Shown: positions 1-8,574 of the stretch, piece after piece
Position numbering within the stretch: the first letter of the stretch is position 1
How the letters are laid out: each line of letters starts with the position of its first letter
DNA from: Patescibacteria group bacterium
GTDB taxonomy: Bacteria; Patescibacteriota; Minisyncoccia; Phycocordibacterales; Phycocordibacteraceae
DNA length: 64,000 bases
Assembly: GCA_038064595.1 (NCBI GenBank)
Contig: JBBTSV010000009.1
Span: forward strand, 8,769-72,768
Direction: 5' to 3'
Notes under the pieces: generated by a model
What the model saw: the letters and a program-made list of their open reading frames with translations, nothing else
Databases searched by the model: none
Told to the model about the DNA's origin: nothing
Position numbers and translations under genes: made by a program

Positions 1-267
1 GTTGAGCTCTTGGAACGTGGGGTAGAGCTTGGCCAGCTCCTCGAGCTCAGTCGGACAAATAAAGGTGAAGTCAGCAGGATAGAAGACGAGTACTGTCCAC
101 TTGCCACGCAGCTTCGAGAAACTCATGGTGTGTATCGCACCCTTGTGATACACCTCAAATTCAAAATCGGGAGCAGACTCCCCCACCTTCACCAAGGAGA
201 GGTGGTCGTGCACAAAGTCGTGGAACTCACCACAGTGTTCACAATAGTTGCTCTTGGTCTCTTTCAT
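1..267 (-). CDS. ahpC: Peroxiredoxin AhpC (3' end runs off the window)
   Basis: Manual translation from ATG at 267: MKETKSNYCEHCGEFHDFVHDH...GESAPDF...GKWTVLVFYPADFTFICPTEL, containing the typical peroxidatic FYPxDFTFxCPTE motif. Not in the ORF track. Confidence 0.92.
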   Translation of the reverse strand, partial: MKETKSNYCEHCGEFHDFVHDHLSLVKVGESAPDFEFEVYHKGAIHTMSFSKLRGKWTVLVFYPADFTFICPTELEELAKLYPTFQELN

Positions 268-313
268 ACAAATGGAGTTTTTATTGATAAGGTGTAAAAC
301 TAGTCTACACGGT

Positions 314-1180
314 ATGATGCGCAACGCCAAATCGCTCAAAATCCTCTGTATCGCCGGGCCGACCGCTTCGGGTAAGTCTCCGCGCGCGGTCGAGGAGGCG
401 CTTCTGCGCGAGGGCGAGATTATCTCGGTCGATTCACGCCAAGTCTACCGCGGGCTCGACATCGGGACCGAGAAGATCACTACCGAGGAGATGCGAGACG
501 TGCCGCACCACCTGATCGACATTCGTGAGGTACACGAGCCCTACTCTGCCGGCGACTTCGTCGCTGATGCGACGCGCCTAATTGAGGAAATCTCGGCGCG
601 CGGCAAGCTGCCGATCTTGGTAGGCGGAACGCACTTTTACTTTGACGCACTCCTCTTAGGGCTCCCTGCGGTAGAGGGTGATCCGATGCTGCGCGCAGAA
701 CTTGAAAAGCTCTCGACCGAGGAGCTTTTTGCGCGCGTCCGCTCCGCGGACGCGCGCAGAGCGAGCGAACTCGACCCCAAAAATCGTCGGCGCCTCATTC
801 GTGCGCTCGAAATAATCGCCTCCCTCGGCAGCGTCCCGTCCCGCGCTGTACCTACGCCCCCTTTTGGAACAAGGTTTAACCTTGTTGAATGGATCGTGAT
901 TGACCCCTCGAGAGAGGAGTTGCGGCCGCGCATTGACGCCCGGCTTGAGGCCGCGCTTGCGCGCGGCCTCGTCGACGAAGTGCGTCGTGTGCGCGAGCAG
1001 GTCGGCGACGCGCGCCTCAACGAGCTCGGGCTTGAGTATAAAATCGTAGGTGAATATCTGCGTAATGAGCGCAGTGAGGAGTCGCTCCTCCCCGCTCTCT
1101 CGAGCAAGCTCTGGCAGTATGCGCGTCGCCAGAAAGCCTGGCTGCGCAAACTCCAACTTGGGGGTCCGACCCCCAAGTAA
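314..1180 (+). CDS. miaA: tRNA dimethylallyltransferase
   Basis: GPTASGKS P-loop, DSRQVYRGLDIGT, VPHHLID, VGGTHFY, YARRQ motifs; start at 314 or 317. Confidence 0.96.
   Translation: MMRNAKSLKILCIAGPTASGKSPRAVEEALLREGEIISVDSRQVYRGLDIGTEKITTEEMRDVPHHLIDIREVHEPYSAGDFVADATRLIEEISARGKLPILVGGTHFYFDALLLGLPAVEGDPMLRAELEKLSTEELFARVRSADARRASELDPKNRRRLIRALEIIASLGSVPSRAVPTPPFGTRFNLVEWIVIDPSREELRPRIDARLEAALARGLVDEVRRVREQVGDARLNELGLEYKIVGEYLRNERSEESLLPALSSKLWQYARRQKAWLRKLQLGGPTPK
868..886. repeat. Palindrome family C (aacaaggtt-t-aaccttgtt) inside miaA
   Basis: Perfect inverted repeat, translated as TRFNLV; second copy at 11891-11907. Confidence 0.8.
1156..1178. repeat. Palindrome family A (acttgggggtc-N-gacccccaagt) forming the miaA C-terminus
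   Basis: 11-bp arms; encodes LGGPTPK*; copies at 2345-2375, 45442-45464, 57946-57968. Confidence 0.92.
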
Positions 1181-1187
1181 ACGAATC

Positions 1188-1216
1188 GCCCCTCGCGGAG
1201 CAATCCGCGAGGGGGC
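1188..1216. terminator. GC-rich hairpin between convergent genes
   Basis: cccctcgcgga-gcaa-tccgcgagggg. Confidence 0.6.
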
Positions 1217-1485
1217 TAGACCCTCTTGTCGATCTGAATCAGCAAGTCGTCGATCTGCTTTTTCATCACCTCAAAACGCTGTTTGGTGTCGGCCTGCGCC
1301 GCAAACTCCTGTTCGAGGGGCTCCAGGATGGTCTGCAGTATGCAGACGAGCTCTCGGAGCTTTTCTGTTCGCCTTCCTCTCATGGGTTGGTTGACCCATA
1401 CCAGGTTCTGAACATCGAGCTCCGCGACCGCGAAATTAACCGCGACCAGAGACTCGATGTGGATTAGGCAGTCCTTTGTCATCAT
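1216..1485 (-). CDS. Small hypothetical helical protein (~89 aa)
   Basis: AAGGAG upstream of ATGATG at 1485/1482; MMTKDCLIHIESLVAVNF...; the longer 174-aa track ORF overlaps the candidate RNA. Confidence 0.6.
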   Translation of the reverse strand: MMTKDCLIHIESLVAVNFAVAELDVQNLVWVNQPMRGRRTEKLRELVCILQTILEPLEQEFAAQADTKQRFEVMKKQIDDLLIQIDKRV

Positions 1486-1540
1486 GGTGCTCCTTTCGAG
1501 CATTGTTGGATCCGCTGTTTGTATAGCACAGGAGAAGTAT

Positions 1541-1573
1541 AAAAACAAAAGGCCCGTCACAATCGACGGGCCT
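1541..1573 (-). terminator. Intrinsic terminator of the candidate ncRNA
   Basis: Minus strand aggcccgtc-gattgt-gacgggcct followed by tttgttttt. Confidence 0.8.
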
Positions 1574-1830
1574 GGGCGGGGACGAGAACGATTGGTTTTG
1601 GGGACTACTTCCCCGGGGCTCCTCTGGCTGCCCATCGTTCTCGCCCCCGACTTACATTGCATCCACGCCAGAGGTGGATGGCTGCACGCCTCACTCGGCG
1701 TCCCGCGTCTACACAGCTCAAGAGCGGGTCGAGGCCTCACACAGACCTCGGAAGGGCTTGTTGGCTTATTACTCCTATCTCCACACCGGGAGAGACAGAG
1801 GAGCGGCTAAGCTCTGAAGGCAAACAAGCT
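1541..1830 (-). ncRNA. Candidate ~290-nt structured non-coding RNA, family unknown
   Basis: Lies between a TTGACA-16-TATACT promoter and a hairpin + U-tract; six consecutive stems and an 8-nt loop-loop complementarity. Confidence 0.6.
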
Positions 1831-1836
1831 AGTTCA

Positions 1837-1864
1837 AGTATACACTCCCCCACCCTTTTGTCAA
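1837..1864 (-). promoter_or_regulatory. Sigma70-type promoter
   Basis: Minus strand TTGACA (1864-1859), 16 nt, TG-TATACT (1842-1837). Confidence 0.7.
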
Positions 1865-1975
1865 CCCCCGTAAGTGGTTCTCCCCATCTGGCCCGCAAAA
1901 CGCAGTGCGCTGCTGCTGGTATGATATATCATACCTTTTTTCCCTGATCGACTTAGAGACCTACGATGTCCGTAG
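1860..1975. repeat. ~115-bp dispersed intergenic repeat, copy 1
   Basis: Close match to 44621-44735; contains the perfect palindrome ggtatgatatatcatacc (1918-1935) and a family-B-like end. Confidence 0.88.
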
Positions 1976-2038
1976 GTGGGAGTTATAAACACACAAGCCC
2001 ACACGGGGTGGGCTTGTTTTCGGCGCGAGAAGGGGCGA

Positions 2039-2263
2039 TCAATCGGCTGCTGCCTCTCCCACACGCTTGGCAAGCATGGCCAGATATTTCTGGTTGCCCG
2101 TGCCGCGGTTGTGGTCGAAGAAGATGCCGCATGCAGTGCAGCACTCGACCATCCCGATCTCGTACTGCCCACTGCCGCAGTTGGGGCACGGCGGCTTCGC
2201 CGTATCGAGCGGCGCGACGAGGGCCGCCAAGGCTGGCGGCACATTTGAAAACGGTGGTGGCAT
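2039..2263 (-). CDS. Small Zn-ribbon-like protein (74 aa)
   Basis: GAAAGG before ATG 2263; CPNC...CTAC. Confidence 0.55.
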   Translation of the reverse strand: MPPPFSNVPPALAALVAPLDTAKPPCPNCGSGQYEIGMVECCTACGIFFDHNRGTGNQKYLAMLAKRVGEAAAD

Positions 2264-2344
2264 GAAAGGACCTTTCTTGTTGTCAGGAGACATTCCCGAC
2301 CCAGACTCAAAGCTACCCTCCCTCCCCCACCCCGTCAAGAATTC

Positions 2345-2390
2345 CCCAACTTGGGGGTCCGACCCCCAAGTTGGGACTTACGATGTCCGT
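2345..2390. repeat. Family A palindrome (15-bp arms) fused to a family B element (ggacttacgatgtccgt)
   Basis: cccaacttgggggtc-c-gacccccaagttggg then acttacgatgtccgt; family B supplies LRTS* of the 2378-2806 gene. Confidence 0.88.
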
Positions 2391-2806
2391 AGATTGCCGT
2401 TGCGGGATTTGAGGTACTTCCAGCCGATGAGGAGGAAAGAGACGACAGTCAGAACCTGCGCGGCGAGCCGCGCCGCGTCGTCTCGGTAGAATGGATAGAG
2501 ATCCATGAACCCGCCAGACGTGACGGGATTTGAGGCGATGAAAATAATCGAGAGTGGCACCGCCCACACTGCCAGCTTGAGCCAGGAGTTAAAAATGGGT
2601 CGGGAAATCAGGACCAAAATAATCGTGAGAGGTAGGAGGTAGAGAGAAAAATTATAGAATGGGTTTGTAAAGTACTGGTAGATATGGCTGACCCAATTGC
2701 TATAACATACTCCGTATGAATACATACACCAATAACTAAAGTGGGCAAATCCGACGCCAACCAGTGCGATGACGAGTGGCACACTCTGCATGAGTTTGTT
2801 TTTCAT
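2378..2806 (-). CDS. Hypothetical multi-pass membrane protein (142 aa)
   Basis: About 4 hydrophobic segments, AT-rich, starts 6 bp after the large hydrolase gene. Confidence 0.8.
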   Translation of the reverse strand: MKNKLMQSVPLVIALVGVGFAHFSYWCMYSYGVCYSNWVSHIYQYFTNPFYNFSLYLLPLTIILVLISRPIFNSWLKLAVWAVPLSIIFIASNPVTSGGFMDLYPFYRDDAARLAAQVLTVVSFLLIGWKYLKSRNGNLRTS

Positions 2807-2812
2807 TTTTGG

Positions 2813-5800
2813 TCAAAAGAGTTTTTTGAATGCAGTCCAGAGTCCATACGCACCATTATAGACTGCCGCGCCCACCTTCTTGAGCCATGACTGTTGAGAG
2901 ACTGCGTCAAGAGCTGATGCTGTCTGCGGGACATTCACTGGTGCCTTTTTCACTGTCGTAGTAGCCACTGTTACTGTCTTCTTGGTTTGAGCTACCTTCT
3001 TAGTAGTCGTGCTCGTAGCGGGGGGATGAGTGATAACGGGGCTCAGAGCCACTGTCGCTGTCGTCGTAGCGATAACAGGAATGGAGATGGCGCCAGCGCC
3101 TCCGCCAGAGCTTGCCTCTGGTACTGGAGGGGCTTGAGCTGGAGGCTCGTAGCTCACGGTCTCACCGGCCTTAAAGCCAATCAAGAGATCCTCTCTCCCA
3201 TCTCCGTCCTCATCCACCCGGAGCGTAGAGGCTGTGTCGAGGCCGCCGGAGATGTTGAGTCTCACGCTCGTTTTGGGAGTCACGGGGACGTCTGCGATGC
3301 TGCTTGAGGTGGCCACCACCCCACCCACGCTCTCCTCAATGTCGAGTGTGAAGGTCCCAGTATCTTGACCATACAACGTGAGTTCATATCGGCCACTCTC
3401 GGGTACGATGAGGTATTTAAGCTCGCCGAGCTCTCCGTAGGTCGAGCTTGGGATGTCTTCTGTGACCGACCCGTCGACAGCAAGGCCGGTGATATTGCCG
3501 AGTGAGTCTGTGGCCTGGAGAGTGAGTGGTGAGTGGAGGAAAAAGATGAGTTTCTTTTCGGAGGTGGATTCTGGTTGAGTAACAGTGATGAAGTTTGGCA
3601 AAGGATCAGAACCCTCCCTAATACTGTTTTGAATAAAATCCTTTAGCAAAGGTATCTCAAAAAGATTTTTGTGATCAAATTTTGTTTTAGTGCCGGGAAT
3701 GTTATTGATCTTTGCCAAATCAACCCAATACCTCTTCACGGCTGTGCTGGAGGCCATCATGATCGCGCTCGGGACGGTGACGGTACCATCGCCGTCTTCG
3801 ACAAAGATGGGCTTGTAGAGACGCTTTGACTTCCCGGGAGGAGAGTAGAAATTGATCCCTGCGAGTGTGTCGATGCCCCACCCGGCGATCTGATCGACTT
3901 TTATGCCGTCTGGCGGGGTCCAGAAGTCGAGTGCCGCGTGCTGCCTATTTGCGTAGTCAATCAGATCGGCATTAAGAATCTCTGCAGACTTGACGTCTTT
4001 TTCTTCCGGCTTCTCTCGCCCACCCTCCTTGGCGAGAAGAAAGTCGGCGAGCGCGACACGGTTTGCTATCGTTGCGCCATATGCTGCAAACTCTTTGGTG
4101 TACCCATTTCCTGAAAAGCGTATGACCGGGTGCGCTGCATCTCCCATAGTGCTCTCAAGGTAGTACTCCGACGGGAGGAGGTGGTATGCCATAGGCGCAT
4201 TCTGTGCGAGCGCCCGAGCGGTCGCTTCGTGCACAATCGAGAACCCGAGAAACGAGATGCCTTGGTTGTATCCGTACAAAAGCGCCCCGATGCTCTCCGG
4301 GGCGCCGCTCTGCGGCGCCCCGACCATAATCACCTTGTCCACCAGCGTGGGAGCTGCACTCCCGAGCTTTTTCAAGAGCGCCTTGGCAAGAAGACCGCCA
4401 TTGCTGTGCGCGACAATTGTCACCTTTCCGCTCTTCGATGAGGCGGCGAGCCGACGTAACTCCTGCAGTACATACGGAGTCGATGTGGCTCGCAAGTCTC
4501 CGGAGTAGTAGATGCGGCCATCTTTATTGTTCCCATAGGCGAGAATGTCGTCGAGAGAAAGTCGCCAATCATAGGCGATCGGCTCCCAGTCGTTGATAGT
4601 CCCATCGGCTTTGAGCGCATCCATCTGTGCGACGAGCGAGTCGTAGATCTTCCCGCCGAAGGGGATCTCTTCTATCACATCGCGCTCTTTTGCGTAAATA
4701 TCAAAACGCGCGCTCGTGCCGTCGGCGTTGAGATAGAGGTCTTTCATATCCGTATCACCCGCAGGTTCCCAAAGCTTCTCCGTCCCGCCATCATAATCAG
4801 GACGATAGAGCCGGCTCCCCTCTATACCGGGCAGAAAGAGAACATTTGAGAAGCCTGAGGTCGCCACGCCCCACGACGTAAGCCAAGGTGAGAACTGGAC
4901 CGTACTTCCCGTGACATACTCGACTGCGTTACCCGTGCCGCCAAGATTATCCGGGTCGTTATAAGGGCCACTCACATCGCCCCAGAAATTGTCGGTGGCA
5001 TCGATCGTTGCGGCGACATGTACCACAAGCCCTCCTGAGGTGTTGTCCGCGATCTTGTTCTGCGAGAGCGTATACAAAGAATTTGTTCCGTACGTGCTTA
5101 TACCCGTGTCATTCTGCGTAATTTCAGTATTGGTAAGCGCCAGTTCATTCGAAAATTCAGGCCTCGACCCGTAATCGGCGACCCCCGCTCCGTACGGAAA
5201 CTCAGAAATAATCGAGTCTCGCATTTCTATTTTCCCACCGTTAAAGGTAACGAGCGCGTCCCCCGTGCCCCCGATCATGCGCACCCCAGTAAGCGCGAGG
5301 CGTGCATCAGCAACTTCTATCGCGTCAAAAGCATCGGTATTGGTTATAGTCGCATCCTGTACGGTGAGTGACGACTGATCGTAGACCGCTAGGGCTGGTC
5401 CGTCTGAGATGGTATCGAACCGCGCATCGCGCATTTCAATAGAGCTCTGGACAAAGGTCATGACCGCTCCAGAGCTGTCAGAAATAGAACGTATCGTTGA
5501 GCTTGCCACACGAGCGCTACTGCCCACGTATACCGCAATAACTTGAGAGGAAACACCCTCAGCAAGAAAGTCAGAGATTGATGCGTGGCTGTTCTGGTAG
5601 ATCTGGATGCCGAAGTCCACGTTGTGCAGCGTGACCTGTGCAAGTGTCGCAGTACTCCCATAGCTAAGCTCGACCGCGGCATCTAAGATACGCTCAAAAC
5701 GGGCACGCTCAAGAAAAAGAGTTCCTCCTGATACAAGGATCCCACGATCGCTATCCTTCACAACAGAGTCAGAAAAGGTGAGTGGGTTCTTGCTGTCGTC

Positions 5801-6169
5801 ACGGAGAGTAGAGAGGTGTTCAAATTCAACCCACCGAAACGTTGACGAAAGACTCCCTGCGTCGAGATGCAGTGACCATGACCCGCTCGGTGCCGTAAGT
5901 GCGATGGGCGCGTCTTCTGTTCCTTGTGCACTGATCGCGCCGTGCACCTTCAAGCTGCTCCCAGGGGCAAAGTGTACGACAACCTCCGGCTCAATTGAGA
6001 GTGTGACACCCGCACCAATCGACACCACACCCTCAACAAGGTACGGACTTCCCTCTTTGGTCCATGTCGTCGATTCTGAAATAGATTCAGCGACCAGAGT
6101 GTCAGCAAAAGCGGTACCTGCGCTTAAGAAAAAAACGCAGACGATGCCGGTGCATATTGCCGCCTTCAT
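2813..6169 (-). CDS. Large secreted protein: beta-helix-like N-terminus + alpha/beta-hydrolase (LCAT/lipase-like) domain
   Basis: Signal peptide; TTWTKEGSPY and pectin-lyase-like repeats; LFLPGIEGS, YDWR, AHSNGG nucleophile elbow, GDGTV; Thr/Lys-rich tail. Confidence 0.85.
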   Translation of the reverse strand: MKAAICTGIVCVFFLSAGTAFADTLVAESISESTTWTKEGSPYLVEGVVSIGAGVTLSIEPEVVVHFAPGSSLKVHGAISAQGTEDAPIALTAPSGSWSLHLDAGSLSSTFRWVEFEHLSTLRDDSKNPLTFSDSVVKDSDRGILVSGGTLFLERARFERILDAAVELSYGSTATLAQVTLHNVDFGIQIYQNSHASISDFLAEGVSSQVIAVYVGSSARVASSTIRSISDSSGAVMTFVQSSIEMRDARFDTISDGPALAVYDQSSLTVQDATITNTDAFDAIEVADARLALTGVRMIGGTGDALVTFNGGKIEMRDSIISEFPYGAGVADYGSRPEFSNELALTNTEITQNDTGISTYGTNSLYTLSQNKIADNTSGGLVVHVAATIDATDNFWGDVSGPYNDPDNLGGTGNAVEYVTGSTVQFSPWLTSWGVATSGFSNVLFLPGIEGSRLYRPDYDGGTEKLWEPAGDTDMKDLYLNADGTSARFDIYAKERDVIEEIPFGGKIYDSLVAQMDALKADGTINDWEPIAYDWRLSLDDILAYGNNKDGRIYYSGDLRATSTPYVLQELRRLAASSKSGKVTIVAHSNGGLLAKALLKKLGSAAPTLVDKVIMVGAPQSGAPESIGALLYGYNQGISFLGFSIVHEATARALAQNAPMAYHLLPSEYYLESTMGDAAHPVIRFSGNGYTKEFAAYGATIANRVALADFLLAKEGGREKPEEKDVKSAEILNADLIDYANRQHAALDFWTPPDGIKVDQIAGWGIDTLAGINFYSPPGKSKRLYKPIFVEDGDGTVTVPSAIMMASSTAVKRYWVDLAKINNIPGTKTKFDHKNLFEIPLLKDFIQNSIREGSDPLPNFITVTQPESTSEKKLIFFLHSPLTLQATDSLGNITGLAVDGSVTEDIPSSTYGELGELKYLIVPESGRYELTLYGQDTGTFTLDIEESVGGVVATSSSIADVPVTPKTSVRLNISGGLDTASTLRVDEDGDGREDLLIGFKAGETVSYEPPAQAPPVPEASSGGGAGAISIPVIATTTATVALSPVITHPPATSTTTKKVAQTKKTVTVATTTVKKAPVNVPQTASALDAVSQQSWLKKVGAAVYNGAYGLWTAFKKLF

Positions 6170-6208
6170 AGGAAAGGGGGTATGCCACTATGGTATCATC
6201 TCCACATC

Positions 6209-7879
6209 ATGGGTACATCAGTGGAAGATCTGAAAGAATCGTTGCAGGGGGTGATGAGGGGGGAGGTGAAGGATGACGAGGCGAGCCGTAGAGCGGCGAG
6301 CCGAGATACCTCGCTCTTTGAGCGGATGCCGTCGCTCGTGGTCTGCCCTGCTGATGCGGAGGACGTGAGCGCGGTGGTGAAGGAGGTGCGGCGCGCCCGC
6401 GAAGCGGGCGCGGAGATCTCTCTCACTGCTCGTGCCGGAGGTACCGACATGTCGGGCGGCCCACTGACTACCAGTGTGGTCCTCTCACTCACCCAACACC
6501 TGAATCACATTGCCGAGGTTGGCAACGACTACGCGATAACTGAACCGGGAGTGTATTATCGCGACTTCGAGAAAGCGACCCTCGAGAAGGGTCTCATCCT
6601 CCCCTCCTACCCCGCGAGCCGCGAGATCGCTGCAATGGGCGGTATCGTCGCCAACAACTCCGCCGGCGAGCGTACGCTTGAGTATGGACAAACCGAGCGG
6701 TATATCGAGGAGATGGATGTCGTCCTCTCTGACGGCTCGACGGCCCACTTTGGCCCCCTCACCCCTACCGAGCTCGAAGAGAAAAAGGGCCTCCAGAATC
6801 TTGAGGGGGAGATCTACCGCACTATGGACACTCTCCTTGCCGAGAACGCTGCCTTAATAGAGGAGAAACGCCCCAAGGTGTCCAAGAATGCGGCCGGTTA
6901 TGGCCTCTGGCGCGTCAAGGATCCTGCCACCGGCACTTTCAACCTCGCCCAACTTATCTGCGGCTCGCAGGGCACCCTCGCGCTCTGGACGAAGGCAAAG
7001 CTCTCGCTCGTAAAGCCTAAGGAGCATCGCGCGATGCTCGTCATCTTTCTCCATGAGATGGGGCTCCTCCCTGAAATCGTACAGCGCGTCCTCCCACACA
7101 ACCCGGAGTCATTTGAGTCCTACGACGACCACACCTTCACGCTCGCGGTGAAGTTTCTCCCCCAGGTGCTCTCTCAAATGGGCTTTATCAAGGCAGCCAA
7201 GCTCGGGATAGATTTTCTCCCTGAAGCGGCGATGGTCGCCACCGGCGGGGTGCCGAAGATGATCCTCATGGCCGAGTTCTCCGATGACACGATCGAGGCG
7301 GCTGACGCGCGCGCCGAGGCGGCGCGCGTCGCTCTCGTCGACCTCAACCTCCAGATGAAAATCGAAAAGGATGAGAAGGAGTCGGAGAAGTATTGGATCG
7401 TTCGTCGCGAGAGCTTCAACCTGCTCCGTAAAAATGTCCACGGGCTCCACACAGCACCCTTCATCGACGACTTTGTCGTCCCACCCACAAGCTACTCTGA
7501 ATTTTTGCCAAAATTGAATGCGCTTCTCGCTGAGTACTCCTCTCACTTCATCTACACCGTCGCGGGACACGTGGGTAACGGCAACTTCCATATCATCCCG
7601 CTCATGGATCTCACCAAAGAAGAGAATCGCCAGGTGATCCTCGATCTCGCGCCGCGCGTCTACGAGCTGGTGATTAAAGAAGGCGGCACCACCACCGGCG
7701 AGCACAACGACGGCATTATCCGCACCCCGTATCTCCCGATGCTCTTTGGCGAAGAGATGGTCGCGCTCTTTGAAAAGACGAAGAAAGTCTTTGACCCGCT
7801 CAACATTTTTAATCCTGGGAAAAAGGTCGGGGGCGTCTTCGAAGATATAAAAAGAGACATGCTGAAATCAGTGACTTGA
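6209..7879 (+). CDS. FAD-linked oxidoreductase (GlcD/D-2-hydroxyacid dehydrogenase family)
   Basis: RAGGT, GSQGTL, GHVGNGNFH, GEHNDG, FDPLNIFNPGK; start taken at ATG 6209 behind TATCAT. Confidence 0.88.
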   Translation: MGTSVEDLKESLQGVMRGEVKDDEASRRAASRDTSLFERMPSLVVCPADAEDVSAVVKEVRRAREAGAEISLTARAGGTDMSGGPLTTSVVLSLTQHLNHIAEVGNDYAITEPGVYYRDFEKATLEKGLILPSYPASREIAAMGGIVANNSAGERTLEYGQTERYIEEMDVVLSDGSTAHFGPLTPTELEEKKGLQNLEGEIYRTMDTLLAENAALIEEKRPKVSKNAAGYGLWRVKDPATGTFNLAQLICGSQGTLALWTKAKLSLVKPKEHRAMLVIFLHEMGLLPEIVQRVLPHNPESFESYDDHTFTLAVKFLPQVLSQMGFIKAAKLGIDFLPEAAMVATGGVPKMILMAEFSDDTIEAADARAEAARVALVDLNLQMKIEKDEKESEKYWIVRRESFNLLRKNVHGLHTAPFIDDFVVPPTSYSEFLPKLNALLAEYSSHFIYTVAGHVGNGNFHIIPLMDLTKEENRQVILDLAPRVYELVIKEGGTTTGEHNDGIIRTPYLPMLFGEEMVALFEKTKKVFDPLNIFNPGKKVGGVFEDIKRDMLKSVT

Positions 7880-7884
7880 AACAG

Positions 7885-7908
7885 CAAAGGCGCCCGTAGG
7901 CGCCTTTG
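7885..7908. terminator. Hairpin between convergent genes
   Basis: caaaggcgcc-cgta-ggcgcctttg followed by attttg. Confidence 0.7.
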
Positions 7909-7931
7909 ATTTTGTGCATCGCGTCGATACA

Positions 7932-8153
7932 TCAGTGCGCGGCTGCCCGCGCAATAATGCTCTCTGCAAGCCGGGGGGTGAGCTCAAGGAGTAGCAGCCG
8001 CGCGCGCATACTCTGCGAACGCATGAGTAGGTCGATGTTCTGCGGATGCAGCGCACACGACTGACACACACGACACGGGAGGGTGCACTCACTGCCGGGA
8101 CAGCTTGGGGAGGATATTTCCTCGCCCACCGGGAGCCTTTTGGTCGCAGCCAT
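7932..8153 (-). CDS. Small Cys-rich hypothetical protein (73 aa)
   Basis: Starts 1 bp after the upstream ORF stop; CPGSEC..PCRVCQSC. Confidence 0.5.
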   Translation of the reverse strand: MAATKRLPVGEEISSPSCPGSECTLPCRVCQSCALHPQNIDLLMRSQSMRARLLLLELTPRLAESIIARAAAH

Positions 8154-8154
8154 A

Positions 8155-8361
8155 CTACGACCTCAACCCTGAACGTTGCCCGCGCTCTGCGGGTGCACGT
8201 TCCAGGCACTCCTGCCGCAGACGCGCGCCATATCGTGGCTTCTCGGCGAGAAGCCCGAGTCGGCGTTTGCGTCGCTCTGCCCGTGCCTGCTCAAAGAGCT
8301 CCGGTTCTTGGACCTCCAGCGGCTCGCTGGGAGGAACGTAGTCAAACACATGGTTCCGCAT
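8155..8361 (-). CDS. Small charged hypothetical protein (68 aa)
   Basis: AAGGAG 6 nt before ATG; upstream TTGTCT-16-TAGTAT. Confidence 0.55.
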   Translation of the reverse strand: MRNHVFDYVPPSEPLEVQEPELFEQARAERRKRRLGLLAEKPRYGARLRQECLERAPAERGQRSGLRS

Positions 8362-8487
8362 CTCACACTCCTTGGTTGTTGTTGTCCGAGCCCTCGGTAT
8401 GGGCTCGACGTTTTTGATACTACGCCTTCATTCTAAAAAGACAATCCGCTGTGCACAGAGCACAGAGTCTGCTACTATACTCCGCAT

Positions 8488-8574
8488 ATGAAACGCGCTT
8501 TCGCCATCGTTATTGTCGTCCTCCTTGTGCTCGGGATGATCGGGAGTCTCCTGCCAACCTTTTTTATTAGCTAA
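8488..8574 (+). CDS. 28-aa single-helix membrane peptide
   Basis: MKRAFAIVIVVLLVLGMIGSLLPTFFIS*; TATACT 6 nt before ATG; below the ORF-track cutoff. Confidence 0.6.
   Translation: MKRAFAIVIVVLLVLGMIGSLLPTFFIS

Noticed and set aside
1216-1810. Track ORFs 1216-1740 (174 aa) and 1457-1810 as real full-length proteins
   Set aside because: The SD sits at 1485 and a terminator at 1541-1573 interrupts the region; upstream codons overlap the structured RNA candidate.
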